In this document: piece by piece, positions 40,349 to 52,021 of the stretch
Numbering within the stretch: the stretch's first letter is position 1
How the letters are laid out: each line of letters starts with the position of its first letter
Source: an uncultured Gammaproteobacteria bacterium
Lineage (GTDB): Bacteria; Pseudomonadota; Gammaproteobacteria; JAURND01
NCBI GenBank assembly: GCA_963714975.1
Contig: CAVQQD010000001.1
Coordinates: 1 to 64,000 of the forward strand
Reading direction: 5' to 3'
DNA: 64,000 bases
Translations under genes and position numbers: made by a program
The notes under the pieces: model-generated
The model's input: the letters and a program-made list of their open reading frames with translations, nothing else
Told to the model about the DNA's origin: nothing
Databases searched by the model: none

Positions 40349-40860
40349 ACTAAACACCGAGTCAATTACATTTTGCCTACTCGATGCGCTTTACACGTCG
40401 GGATAAGCCAGCCATCCTCCACGAAGTGCAATTCAGGATGAGAGCCCAAGCTCCCTTGAGACACCACTTTACTCATGAATCGCTGTCAATAATTCAATTC
40501 ACACACCTAGATGGGGCATAAATTCGTGGCCAACTCTGCGGTGAAAACTCGATTTTTTTCCAGGCGACTTGAAAAAAACCAACGAATGGTTTTTGACAAA
40601 CGAAAATCGCTAGTGGAAAAATAATTCAATAGGAAATCACAAAATCAACCTGTTTTTGTGAAGAGACTGCTGAGGGAATGAACACCACTTCGGTGAACAT
40701 GACGCAACACAATCCGAGGATTGCGATCAGTCGTTTCATTGCGGCAAAACTAATCTTCATTGGCTAGTATTTTTAGTCGACTAGCACCACGACTCTACCG
40801 CGTAGGATAACAAAATTAGGCGATAATACAAGTGAAAAATTACAATTTTGTCGGGAGTCA

Positions 40861-40952
40861 TGGACAAAATGGGGATAGCGCTGCTGGACGAAACCGGGAA
40901 AACCTCCTTGTTTTCCCCTTTACCGCCCACAGCCTACTCCCCAATTTGCCCA
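40861..40952. repeat. Long imperfect inverted repeat
   Basis: tggacaaaatggggatag..gctgctggacg..gggaaaac pairs with gttttccc..cgcccacagc..ctactccccaatttgccca. Confidence 0.7.
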
Positions 40953-41189
40953 CAACGGTTTTATGTTAGCTACTACCACTAAGGATTATTTATTTTGGTA
41001 TTTTTTTCATGAAAAAATTACCGAATCCTGTCAATAGTTTGGGTCAACGAAATGCAGCAAAACAGGAATGATTTTTTGAGTGACATCACCCTGCTATTTT
41101 GCTATTAATGTCAGAAATTATCGTGACTGCAAATTTCAGTTTTTGCTACGTTTTAATTTTGTCGCAATAACAAAAACAGGATACCTCCT

Positions 41190-41771
41190 ATGGGCACTAC
41201 TACTCAGGAACAAAAAAACCAAACACCTTCCACAGCCCCTTTGACCTCAACACATTCAAGTGCATTACCGCCACTGGTTCGCGCCCCTAGGCTATTACGT
41301 GATGAAGATCATTTTCGGCAAGATAAAGCCTGGCACAAAGCCTTAGCCGATATTAAAGCCTTAGCAATCGAGCGCAAATTAAAGCGAAAAGTGTTTATCA
41401 GTTATGCCTGGCCTCCGGTAGGTAATGAACGAGATCAACTCCAAGCCTGGCTCAAGCGCTTACAAGATTCTTTAGAGCAGGCAGGCTCCGCGTTTTTTTT
41501 GATCTGCGAGATATGCACGGGCATTTAGATACCACTATGCAAAAAAAACTTAGAAGAAAGTGATTTTGTGATGCCCATTCTCACCCCAAAATTTCTTGAG
41601 CGTGCGCAAGACTCTAAAACCAATTGGGCCTTTGAATTTCGTCAAACGCTTGAAAAAGCTAAAGTCAAACCGGAATCGACCATCCTTATTTTGTACTCAA
41701 CACTATACAGCTGTGTAAAGGCTGTTATCCTGCCAAAGACATTGCTAAAGAATATATTTTTCAATATATAA
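41190..41771 (+). pseudogene. TIR-domain protein, frameshifted and apparently truncated
   Basis: KVFISYAW, then in shifted frames DLRDMHG, EESDFVMPILTPKFLER, FEF. Confidence 0.75.
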
Positions 41772-42050
41772 AAGTATTTTATAATCGGTTTCGTCGCTAT
41801 TGGTTCTGTAGCACCCCAAGTATTTGAGAATCAATGCACAAAGGTCGCATAGTTGTGTCTACCAAAACGGGGTAACGTCAAAATTAGTTCGTCACACTAC
41901 ACCACTGGAAAGACACGAATCGTTAAGTCATCACCACATAACGTTTCATATGTTGCCACGCCAGTTATGTGTTTGATGCATGAAACCTCTATTAATTAAG
42001 CTATTAATAACTTTAAGTAGCACATAAAAAATTTTAATTTTTAATATTCA

Positions 42051-42803
42051 TTAATTTTCCAGTGTCTTTAACATATTTATCGAATACAACCATTTTCTTA
42101 ACACTTCAACATCTTTTTCTAGATTGCTAATATCTCCGTGATTCACTTTGTATAAAATACCATATCTAAGCTGTTCTATGGTTTCCTTAGTTTTGTCCTC
42201 GTATCTTTTTCTAGTTTCAGGATTTTGAAACGAAAGCTTGAGATAATTGAGAAAATATTCTTCGTTTCTATCGTCCACTTTTTCCAAATAATTATTTGCA
42301 TCATCCATTGTTGTTTTATTGTATTCCTTTGCAAGTTCTTCAGAAACAAGAATTCTTGGAACTACAGCCTTTTTGCTTTCTAATTTATATGCTTCTATCA
42401 ATGCTTTTCCAAATACAACACCATCTTGGTGATGCAGCTCTCCTCTTGTTATGCCACCTCTCAAAACATAACCCCCAAACATTAATGAGTCTGCTAACTG
42501 TTGAATAATGTCTCGTAAAATATTAACTGCATGTCTTAAGGCAAAGCCAGAAGAAGACACATCTTTTATTGGTATTGAGATAACAATGCAATCAGAGAAA
42601 GAACTTAACGCAGGAATTGCTTTCATTACAGAAACATTCCCATGCTCAATGCTATGTTCTATGCGAGATTCTTTTGTATTTAGATTTTTTAGATTTTCTA
42701 TGACTGCAAATAATTTCTCTGAATGATTTTTGTTTTCTATAAGCTTCCCAAAACCAAGAATATCAACAAATGCGAGAATACTATCATTTAATTCCATACT
42801 CAT
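42051..42803 (-). CDS. Class III nucleotide-cyclase-like hypothetical protein
   Basis: AFVDILGF, FSDC, LRGGITRGEL, FGKALIEAY.LE, PRIL; AT-rich. Confidence 0.55.
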   Translation of the reverse strand: MSMELNDSILAFVDILGFGKLIENKNHSEKLFAVIENLKNLNTKESRIEHSIEHGNVSVMKAIPALSSFSDCIVISIPIKDVSSSGFALRHAVNILRDIIQQLADSLMFGGYVLRGGITRGELHHQDGVVFGKALIEAYKLESKKAVVPRILVSEELAKEYNKTTMDDANNYLEKVDDRNEEYFLNYLKLSFQNPETRKRYEDKTKETIEQLRYGILYKVNHGDISNLEKDVEVLRKWLYSINMLKTLEN

Positions 42804-42851
42804 TTAAGCATTACCTCTTATTAATCAAAGAAAATTTAAAAAATTCATTAG

Positions 42852-43200
42852 TTATTTATCATTCTTCCAATGTCTCGGTACTGTTTCTTTTAAAGCAGCT
42901 TCGCAACATGCAAGAGCTCTTGCTTTCATTTCTAAAGCCACTTTGGCAGAGATATTAGTGATATTAATTGAAATATGACTGAGCCAAGCTGTAATTGTAC
43001 TAATATCAACACCAGCACGCAACAGATGTGTGGCTGTGTGTGACGGATGAATCGTATGCAGACTAATCCTCTTTTTTTTGAATGGAAGGAATAATGGCAA
43101 TAGCTTTTTGGCATGGCGTTTTACCATAGTGTGGATACCCAAAACGAGTTAATGGTTGATTACAGTGATTCAAAAAGACTTGTTCTGGCAGGCTCTATTG
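42852..43200 (-). pseudogene. Tyrosine recombinase C-terminal remnant
   Basis: Degenerate HT..H.ATHLLRAGVD..TI.AWL.H; catalytic Tyr position reads Ser. Confidence 0.75.
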
Positions 43201-43452
43201 GCAACAATCTCTTCTAACTCTGTTCGATGCACACAATTCGATTAGCAATTCCCTCTGAAACCCTGTTCCCCCGGTGTGTGACGCTGCAATACCCACAGAT
43301 CTAATGACGGAGCAGCGAGAATTTCTGATTTAATTGTGTGCATCAGATAAGATACAGAGTTACTCGAATCTAAATTAGCACAAAAATTGGAAAATGAGGA
43401 GTAGATGTTTAAAACCCGATTGATTACTTTAACCAACAACACAAGTAATAAA

Positions 43453-44193
43453 TCAGTGACCTCTCAAAAAATAATTTTTCCAGGCGTGAGATGGCCAAAA
43501 AATAAAACGCTGCTCTTTGTTTAACACTGGCAGTGGTAGCTCTCCCATTAATTCTGTGGCTTTTTGTGCTTTAGGATTATTATCTAAAATATCTTGGCGC
43601 GTAATATTACGGTACTGCCATTTTCGTGCCTGAGCAAAAAGCTGATGCAAGGCATGGACCAGCCGACCAGGCCGTTGATCGGCTGGCACTGATACGCCTA
43701 ACTGTTTTAGCGTATACGCTTGACGAACCACATAATCCAAGTCGGCCAAAAGACAAGCCCCGAGGTATACCAAAAGGTTGGCAAAATGAATCGGTAATTT
43801 TTGGGGTTCTGGATTGGCAAACACCTCGACTTGAAAGCCGCGTTGCTGGGAGAGCTGCTGGCTATGATAGGTTTCACACGCCCGAATTTCGTGCTGCAAT
43901 TCACGCGCCTTCTGCTGTGTTTGCAGCAAATAATAGTCGGCATAGGGATCGTCTTTTTTAGCGGCTCGACAGAGTTGTCCCATCAGAGAGGCAAATTGCA
44001 ATAAGCCCATCTGATGATAGTGCCAATTTCCTGAATACAGGGATATTGCCTGCGGGGTGTGTAAACAAAGCCAAACTTCTCCAGTTAAAGGAAAAGCCGA
44101 TTTTGGAGGTATTTTAGGTTTTTCGGGTAAGGGATGGGTGGAATCCAACATGATCGTTTTTCTCCAGGATTGGGTAGTAGTAATGGGCTGCAT
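43453..44193 (-). CDS. ICE protein, PFL_4669 (TIGR03761/DUF1845) family
   Basis: LHT.QA..LY.G, GLLQFA, DDPYADYYL, ITRQD..NNPKAQKA..MGELP. Confidence 0.85.
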   Translation of the reverse strand: MQPITTTQSWRKTIMLDSTHPLPEKPKIPPKSAFPLTGEVWLCLHTPQAISLYSGNWHYHQMGLLQFASLMGQLCRAAKKDDPYADYYLLQTQQKARELQHEIRACETYHSQQLSQQRGFQVEVFANPEPQKLPIHFANLLVYLGACLLADLDYVVRQAYTLKQLGVSVPADQRPGRLVHALHQLFAQARKWQYRNITRQDILDNNPKAQKATELMGELPLPVLNKEQRFIFWPSHAWKNYFLRGH

Positions 44194-44265
44194 CAGGGAA
44201 TTTTCTCGGGCCCAGGACGGGCTTCACAAGACTTCAAGGGAAGGCCCTTAAATGAGAAGCTGACC

Positions 44266-44964
44266 CTATTTTTGGGTAGTGACGGTCTTTTCAAAAGCCA
44301 AACTTTTGGCCCGAACCAGGAGTTCTTGTAAGGGATTGGCAAGCGAGGCGGAATCAAATAAACACTCCCACCACGCTTGAAATAATTGAGCATCACTAGC
44401 TAACCAGCGCCATCCTACCGACGGCAGCAACCGCCCCAAGACGATGGCCCATTCCAAGCGACGGGTGACTTCCTCCGGCAAGGGCTTCTCGGTGGGCATC
44501 AGGCGATAGAACGTGGCGGGTTCTGCTAAGCTGCCGGTTAGCCAGGTCCAGCTTCCTAGGCGCTCGGTCTCGGTTTTATATAACTCCAGGGTCAGGCGTG
44601 AAAAATACCGATCGAGCCCCTGCACTAATCCCAAGCTAAACAGCGCATAGGTCCACAGCGGGTCTTGCTGGGCGATGATTTCAGCGTGAGCATGACGCGG
44701 CAGCATCACCCTACGCCTTAATTTCAAGGCCTGGATCGTGAGTTGACATTGCTGGGCGACTAATCCATAGGGCTGCCAGGGCTCGCGATTCAGGGGTAAG
44801 GCTTGGCACAATTCCAACACCCGATGCAGAGTCGTTTGATAGAGGGTGCGATATACAGCTTGGGGGGCACTGATCAAGGCCGGCAAGGCATTGACATACG
44901 GCCGGAGTTGCGGGATTTGAATTAATGCGGCCGCAGATAAGCAGGGGTGTAATTCAGTGAACAT
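44266..44964 (-). CDS. TraI_2/MobH relaxase-like N-terminal domain protein
   Basis: LCQALP, ALKLRR.VMLP..AEIIAQQ..LWTYALF; directly follows TraD. Confidence 0.75.
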   Translation of the reverse strand: MFTELHPCLSAAALIQIPQLRPYVNALPALISAPQAVYRTLYQTTLHRVLELCQALPLNREPWQPYGLVAQQCQLTIQALKLRRRVMLPRHAHAEIIAQQDPLWTYALFSLGLVQGLDRYFSRLTLELYKTETERLGSWTWLTGSLAEPATFYRLMPTEKPLPEEVTRRLEWAIVLGRLLPSVGWRWLASDAQLFQAWWECLFDSASLANPLQELLVRAKSLAFEKTVTTQK

Positions 44965-46942
44965 AGGTCTCCTTAGAGGTTGAGTGATAAAAGCGTTGCT
45001 GCATCAAGCGAACTCGATTGGCCAAATCAGGCTCTCGGGACCGGTGATTCAGCAACACCAGGGGAATGCGAATTTTGATTAACTGCCCGCCATGCACTAA
45101 CGCAAAGGCATGACCCACCGGCAAGTTGAGCACATCGTTCTGTTCGATCAAGCGCTGCTCGATTAACGTGAGGCGGTCTTCTTGATGAGAATGAAACCAG
45201 ATCCCCTGCCCGCTTTGGGGAGTCTCTTGGCTGCTAGAAGCCGGAGTCACCCGATAAATGGGCACGGTAGGCAGTTGCTGTAATAACATCTCGACCGTCT
45301 TGGCCTCTTTACAGCGAAACATAATCACCGTGCCAAAATTGCCGGCTACTTGCCCGGCTTTGGCAACTGGCTTTAAGACGGGCTTCTACATCTGACCAGG
45401 TTTGGGTATAGGCAGTGACTGTAAAGCCAGCGCCTCGCGCTTTATTGAGCAGTGGCACAAATTCATCGCCAATGATTTCATTGAATTCATCGGAATGCAG
45501 GCAGATCCGTGGCAGGTGATTCTTTGCGTGGCGGTTTTATAAAAACCATCGTATAACCCATGTTTATATAGCCGACCGGCCACGGAGACTAAATCAGCAA
45601 ATAAAGCATTGCCTACGGCGGTAGATACTTCTCGATCAGTGAGGGAATCCAGACCCACATACACAATTTGTCTGTTGCGAATAACTTGCAGCCAATCCAG
45701 AATCGGCCGTGGATCATCCATATCCTCGTAGTTGGGAGAGAGTAATTCCGCGACTTTGCCGGTGGTGAGTTTTTTTAGCAACGGGCCTAATGAGGCGGTG
45801 ATTTTACTGAAATATTCCTTGTCATATTTGCAGGCATGGTGCAAATCATCAAATATGGGATTGTGGATAAGTTCGATGGGCTTGTACATAGGCAATCAAT
45901 GCCTGCAAGCGCGAGATGCATTTTTTTCTCGTGGCTATTTTCTTGAATATAGGTTTGAAGCCAAGATTTCTAATTTGATAATCCAGGGACGGTAACCAAA
46001 AATTTAGATATTTCTCTAGCAACACGTCCATTTTGGTGATGTAGAATTTCATTTTTTGGTAATCGGGTTTTTCACCCATCGACACCAAAGCCAGAGCCAT
46101 GGAATTAATAAATTGCCAACCAAATTCTTTAAATGCGGCCGAATCGCCTGAGCTGGGCAGTTGATTGGAAATGCGATTGGCCACTTCGGTGACGCGGGTG
46201 AAATTGCCGACGGGGTTGTAGCGGCAGAAATCTGCGGAAAACCCAAATGCAAAATCAATAAATCGTGCTCTCGACCAGCGAGTTTTGCCTCCGCATAAAT
46301 TCGTTTTAATAAATCGGCATCGCCCTTGGGATCAATCACAATCACCACATCGCCCCGACGAATATCTTGGCTGATTAAAATTTCCGCAAACCGGGTTTTG
46401 CCCATGCCCGGCAAACCGACCACCAATATATGGCTCGCACGATCGGCTAAAGGAATCGTCATCTCCTCCTCCACTTCAGAAATGCCATGAAGACAAGCCT
46501 GACCTCCAATGGCAGGGGGCGCTCGAAAAGGATTCCACCAGGCTCGGTGTTTTTGCAACCAGCGTTGGATTCGAGAGGGATTTTTATAAGGCAAATTATA
46601 GGATAAATCTAAGTCTCGTAAGCGCTGGGTATGTTGAGTAGTCCACAAAAAGCCTTTCCCTAAAAACAACGCTTCAGGAGGAGCTGGAATGTGTTCGGGC
46701 GTGAGGCCATAACGCGGCATCTGTCGTAAACGACGCTGATAACGAATCACCCGATAGCCTTGCTGGAAACGTAACAAGCCGAGAATCGCCAACAGGCTGG
46801 CTACCGAATACGCCCAAGTAGGAGGCAAGACAAACCATTTCGGAAAGAGTATGAGCAGCCCACTACTAATTGCGCTCACTAACGTGGTATACCACTCTAG
46901 GGGCGGGCGTAATAATCCTTCTAACGGGCGTTGCAGATTCAT
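44954..46942 (-). CDS. traD: Type IV coupling protein TraD (TIGR03754), frameshifted
   Basis: EGLLRPPLEW, LFLGKGF.W..HTQRL, GLPGMGKT, IDPKGDADL, VYVGLDSL.D, LPVGHAF. Confidence 0.9.
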
Positions 46943-47205
46943 CTCAAGACTCCTAAAATCTCCTCTCAAGAGTTTTATTACATTTCAAAACGGAACTTCA
47001 CTAATTTTTCTAAAAAATCAATGGATTGCTATAATATGATTAAGCATTAAGTCAAACACGCACGCACATTGTTTGAAGTGAGCCATAAGCCCTTTTTCGT
47101 TACGAAAAAAACAAATCGATAAAGCGAAGCTACGAGAGGTGAAAAAAAAATCTTGAAGTAGCAGAGGTACTTGGAACCCATGCTAATAGACATTGCAGAT
47201 TCCCC

Positions 47206-47571
47206 TCAAGATTTCCCGAAAGTGAGCAGAGTCACTAAGCCGTTTTCACAGATTACGAATTCAAATAACAGCAAACCCACCAGCAGGGCAAAGCGTTGCT
47301 GGTACCAGAATATTTGTTGTGCTTTACTCCAGGCATGTTTCTTGCTAAAGATGGCAATGAAATACGGCCAACCTAAAAAAATACCTCCGATCATCATCAT
47401 ACGCAGCAGGGTAAAAAATAATTTATGATGAGTGACGGTGTGATATACTTGTTGAAACTGGGCCGGATGTTCCACGTACCACCACACGAATGGCAGTACT
47501 AGTAGGCACGTCAGGAACAACCACCATAATAGGTCAACGAGTGTTTTTTTATAAAATTTAATAAATGGCAT
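47206..47571 (-). CDS. ICE membrane protein
   Basis: Three hydrophobic segments, IFLGWP, LLLFE; between traG and traD. Confidence 0.7.
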   Translation of the reverse strand: MPFIKFYKKTLVDLLWWLFLTCLLVLPFVWWYVEHPAQFQQVYHTVTHHKLFFTLLRMMMIGGIFLGWPYFIAIFSKKHAWSKAQQIFWYQQRFALLVGLLLFEFVICENGLVTLLTFGKS

Positions 47572-47799
47572 ATATTTTCTTCCATTAAACATAGGATTAA
47601 AAATGAGACAAAATAAAAAACATTCTTTAGTTTTCAAAATTCTCAAAGGTGTTTGCAATATTGCTGTAGAGATTGTGGTGGCGGGTCTTAGTGCTGAATC
47701 CAATATTAAAAAGAGAACTTTTCTTGATTGGGCTAAACTTGATCCAAGTTTACTTGACCCACGATCGCCTCGTAATCGTTCTTAGCAAGCACGTTAAAA

Positions 47800-49281
47800 T
47801 TATTTTTTGGTCAAACTTCTTACTGCTCCTTTGATCGCTTTAGAACCTTTTGATGCTGCCTCCTCTGCAGAATAATATAAGGTTTCAAATGCAGCATTCA
47901 CCAAACCACCCACCGCCACCCCCATACTCCCCATCAAGCTAAACCAAAACAGGGGCGCCATAATAATCAAAGTGCCCGTGATCATATCGACTAAGCTGGC
48001 ATTGGGAGATTGATGGGCAAACCAGCTACTGCCGTAGAGGGCATTCATTAAACTGGCATCGGTCCAGCTAACTAAGTGCCAAATAAAGCTCCAGAAAATG
48101 AGCGAGAAAATAATGATGGCCCCTGAAATAACACTGGTGAGTTTATAGCTCGTAAACACCAGGACCAGCGGTAAAAAAGCATAGACCATCATCAGCAGCA
48201 GGGACTGAATAATCGGAGCGGCTTGGGCGGCGGCATAAAGCTTAGGATAAGCATCCAGTTGATGAAACCACTCCCCTAACCCCGCGGCGACATGCGAATA
48301 ACCCCAATCTCCGACCAGATCATTGGCTTTGTCATAGCCTTTGTCGGTATTGACTAACACACGTTTTAAAACGGCTTCTTGTTTTTGCTCATTATCCAGG
48401 GGATGGCGAAATTCGTCCCAAAACGACGGAGGTAAGGTGTTGGCTAATCGTATTTTCAACCCGTACTGGGGATGGGTCCACCACGTATCGCAGTGCGGTG
48501 TGCCATAGACAGGTCGAGTCCCCTCAAGATCGGCATTGATATCATCATGGGGGTTATAAGGAAACGGCCGGATGGGTTGAGTCGCTTGAAAGCTCGTGTA
48601 ATAGGTTTGTAAAAAACCGTGAGAGCCTGGCCATTCGGGATCACCGAAACCGTAGCGGTTGATTGCCTGTTGAATTCGTGAAATCACGGGAGCCTGATTG
48701 GTCGAATCCGTGAAATATTGGTTGCGGGCCGGCAGAAAACAGTCCTCTTCAAATTGCCGCACTTCTTGCCGTAACGCCGCATCCGGGATTTGGGTCATAT
48801 TGACTTGGGTAACCATGCGCCGTAAGTCCGGGATACAAGCGACCATGGTATTGGCGGCGCTGGTAATGCCCTGGGAGATGGCCATGACCGCATACCAGCC
48901 AATCGGTACCCGAATGTCACCACGGGGGAGAGTAAAGGCTTTGTCGTAGGTAGTGCCGGTGGAACCAGGATGCACCGTGCCCTTGCCAGAACATAAGGGA
49001 GTGTAGCCGACGACACTGGGATTTAAAACCAAACAAGGAGCCACGGCAAAAAGAATCACAAACAAGGTGCGGATAAAATCCACTTCCATCCGCCGCAATG
49101 AGGTACTACCGGCGTCTTTGGTTTCCTGGGATTGATAGGGCTCGGCCATATGGCGCAAAATTAGGCCAATCAGCGGCAGATAGGCCAAACCAGTTTGGGT
49201 GAGTAATTCCCAAAGTTGATTGTATAACTGCCAGCCAAGTAACGTGGTGTACAGTTCGGGATAGGATTGAACGGCGATCAT
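47800..49281 (-). CDS. traG: TraG N-terminal domain (mating-pair stabilisation) protein
   Basis: SYPELYTTLLGW, F..DCF.PAR, CDTWW, multiple C-terminal hydrophobic segments. Confidence 0.9.
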   Translation of the reverse strand: MIAVQSYPELYTTLLGWQLYNQLWELLTQTGLAYLPLIGLILRHMAEPYQSQETKDAGSTSLRRMEVDFIRTLFVILFAVAPCLVLNPSVVGYTPLCSGKGTVHPGSTGTTYDKAFTLPRGDIRVPIGWYAVMAISQGITSAANTMVACIPDLRRMVTQVNMTQIPDAALRQEVRQFEEDCFLPARNQYFTDSTNQAPVISRIQQAINRYGFGDPEWPGSHGFLQTYYTSFQATQPIRPFPYNPHDDINADLEGTRPVYGTPHCDTWWTHPQYGLKIRLANTLPPSFWDEFRHPLDNEQKQEAVLKRVLVNTDKGYDKANDLVGDWGYSHVAAGLGEWFHQLDAYPKLYAAAQAAPIIQSLLLMMVYAFLPLVLVFTSYKLTSVISGAIIIFSLIFWSFIWHLVSWTDASLMNALYGSSWFAHQSPNASLVDMITGTLIIMAPLFWFSLMGSMGVAVGGLVNAAFETLYYSAEEAASKGSKAIKGAVRSLTKK

Positions 49282-50648
49282 GGCGTCTCTCCTTTCAGAG
49301 CCCCTTGTTGCAGGAAATCGGGGCGGGGGGTAGTTGAGCCACGAGCGCTACTTCGGGTTTGCTGCTCACGGGCATAGTGCATAAGCTGCACTAAGGTTTC
49401 GGACATCAGTTGCCGGCGCAGCTGGGCGGTAAACACCAAGGATTGCCGCTGTTGCTCGAGTTGGGTTAAAGCCAGTTCGATTTGCTGTTGGGCCGGTTTA
49501 TTGGCCGCAATCACCGGTACTTGACGGCCAGCTTGCAGTAAATCCTGAACAATCGCGGCCTTGTGCATGGCGCGTTGCAGCGCCACATTTTCGGCCAGTT
49601 TGTGGGTGACCAGCCCCTGCGACCGGGAATCCAGAGCGCGCAAGGTTTCAAGCATCTGGGGACTTAGCACTAAATCTTCGGCCGAAACGGCGAGCAGCTG
49701 TTCTTTTGACAGGGGCAAGCTGCCTTGAATCAGCGCCTGCAATTTGGCTTCGAGTAGAGTGACGCAATCCTGGCCGTTACGAGTACAATCTTGAGTTAAG
49801 GCCAACAAACCCCGGCCGGCGGCACTGCCTTGGGTCGCGAGTCCCACCACTTGCTCGCCCACCGCGTCGGTCACCCAGCGACTGGCGGCTTGTGGGGTAG
49901 GAAAGAGGGTAGCCAAGGCACTGGCCGCCGGGGCGGATTCACTCGAAGTTACCGGGCGATTGAGCAGAACGTTGTAGCCCGCTTGCACGGTATCGGCAAT
50001 CACTCGAATCGGCGGTTGGTTTTTGCCCGCGGCGGGGCCCGACACCCAGGGAATGCCGGAATGGCCGGCGTGTTGATCAATCTCAGCTTTCGCGTCATTG
50101 ATATCTTCCATTCCCGCGCCAGTTAAGGATAAGTGCTGTTGCCACTGCTCTCCGACGGAGAGAGTCGCCCAGTCGTGGTATGGATTTTTTCCTTGGGCTA
50201 TCTGTTCTTTAGCGGCTTGACAGGATTGGACCGACGCCGCGATTTGGGTTTGGGCACCGAGCAGAGCATTATTCAGTAAGTGGTACAAGGTGGGATTAGC
50301 TTGGGCTAAAAAATACATTGGCATTTGAGCCAAACTGCCGGTGGCATTGCGAATTAGCGTTTGGGTTAAGTTGGTCAGATTATCCTGCAGATGATTTAGG
50401 CTGTTCTGAATCGACAAGGCCGGATTATAGAAGCCACACTGTCTTCCCAATCCTAAATCCACTTCGGCTTTTAATTCGAGTGCTTGAGCATTCATGGCGG
50501 TAGGACGACGCAGGTCACTGGCCCCACCCAACTGATAATATAGGGCATTGGGACTTTGCCCCACCGGAATAACCGATTGGGCCAGCAGCAGCGGGCTCAT
50601 AAGACTTAAAGCGCCACTTAAGATTATTGAACTAAAAATTTTTCTCAT
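49278..50648 (-). CDS. ICE protein, PFL_4711 (TIGR03755) family
   Basis: LYYQLGG, AQANPTLY.LL, GIPWV, AGYNVLLNR. Confidence 0.88.
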   Translation of the reverse strand: MRKIFSSIILSGALSLMSPLLLAQSVIPVGQSPNALYYQLGGASDLRRPTAMNAQALELKAEVDLGLGRQCGFYNPALSIQNSLNHLQDNLTNLTQTLIRNATGSLAQMPMYFLAQANPTLYHLLNNALLGAQTQIAASVQSCQAAKEQIAQGKNPYHDWATLSVGEQWQQHLSLTGAGMEDINDAKAEIDQHAGHSGIPWVSGPAAGKNQPPIRVIADTVQAGYNVLLNRPVTSSESAPAASALATLFPTPQAASRWVTDAVGEQVVGLATQGSAAGRGLLALTQDCTRNGQDCVTLLEAKLQALIQGSLPLSKEQLLAVSAEDLVLSPQMLETLRALDSRSQGLVTHKLAENVALQRAMHKAAIVQDLLQAGRQVPVIAANKPAQQQIELALTQLEQQRQSLVFTAQLRRQLMSETLVQLMHYAREQQTRSSARGSTTPRPDFLQQGALKGETP

Positions 50649-50659
50649 ACCAGGTTCCT

Positions 50660-51634
50660 TTAATGAATGACCGTGCGACCTAAGTACTGACCTGGGGCTT
50701 CAAGACACCCTTCATAGTGGCGCCACATCACCCAGACAGTGCCACCCTGTGCTTTAGCCGCTAACTCTTCCCCGTAGTCGGCCGTTTGTCCGAAGATTCG
50801 GCACTCCCCTTCTGGCTTCGGAGTCAGCCTTTGCCAGCGCGTGTGTGGGTGATTTTCTTGAATGGTGGCCGCGGTACAGGCGGCCCCGCATTGGGTAGGC
50901 AGAGGTTGAAATACATGCCCAAAGTGATTGGGGGCCGTTAACAGGTGTGTGGCCCGAAAGCCAATCACGGCAGCAGCCTTGGCTTCGTTATTGGAGACCA
51001 CTTTACCCTGGTAGGGAAACACTCCACCCCAGTGAATCAGGCCTAGATTTCCGATTGTATGAGTAATGTTTTGAGCGACGGCATCGGCTTGTTCCAGGAA
51101 GATTGAGGCCCAACGCCTCGCCAAGACAGACTATCGAACATCGATTGAAAATATGGCCTGCCGGGCACGGCCGTCGACGGCAACAGCACCGGGTTTTGCG
51201 GTAATAGGACTAAGGCCGGATTGCCAATGACATCGACTTCTTTGAAAAATACAGCCGGGCTCTGGGGCGTCTAACCGATGCTCTCCCCACCCGCGGAACC
51301 TGAGCTCGCCTCAAGAGTTGGTGTTGGACGAGTCGTCCCCCTGATCGAGGGTTTGATGAATTTCTTCCCAGGCGTTGCCGCCTTTTCGGTCATTGAGGGA
51401 ATCAAACACACTGACCACGACATCGGGAAGAAAATGCGCAATATACGGAGTAGTCAGGGTCGTGCCACTGGGACTTAACCAATAACACAAGCCTTTGACT
51501 TGGTAATGCAGGCATTGAGGTAAGGCACTCAAAGTTTTTTCGGTAATATCCACAGTGGTAAGACTGGAAGCGGAGAGACAAACAAGGGACAATCCAAGGA
51601 TTATCACCTGGCATTGGTTAATTAGCTTAAACAT
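50660..51634 (-). CDS. ICE protein, PFL_4710 (TIGR03756, TraU-like), frameshifted
   Basis: CLHYQVKGLCYWL, HFLPDVVVS, WGGVFP, AKAAAV, VWVMWRHYEGC. Confidence 0.85.
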
Positions 51635-52021
51635 CGCAAAAGACCTTATACAATTTTTATGTCACAAGGATTTTTCAATCTCAAATTCGCTACATTTATA
51701 CTAGAGTAAAAAGGAAGAACTATGAGATAAGATAGAAATTAAGGCTATTAAAGATGGGCTTAACAGCGATTTTCTAAAATAATGTAATCATTTCAGTACC
51801 TAATAAACAAAATAAATACCAATTAAAATATATAAATTATTTTTGCAGCCAACACAGAAAAAAAACAGGCATCTATGACCTATTTTTTGGAAAAATTCCT
51901 CGAAAATGCTCATGCACTCGCATGTACACCACGCTTTTCCAAATATTTTTACTTTAAGCCAAGCTCATAGTTGCCTATTTTTACCAACTTCAACAATATG
52001 GATGAAGTATTACTTATTTTT

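Noticed and set aside
41190-42803. Complete Pycsar or Thoeris system
   Set aside because: Genes are convergent, TIR is broken, and no cNMP-binding domain or ThsA is visible
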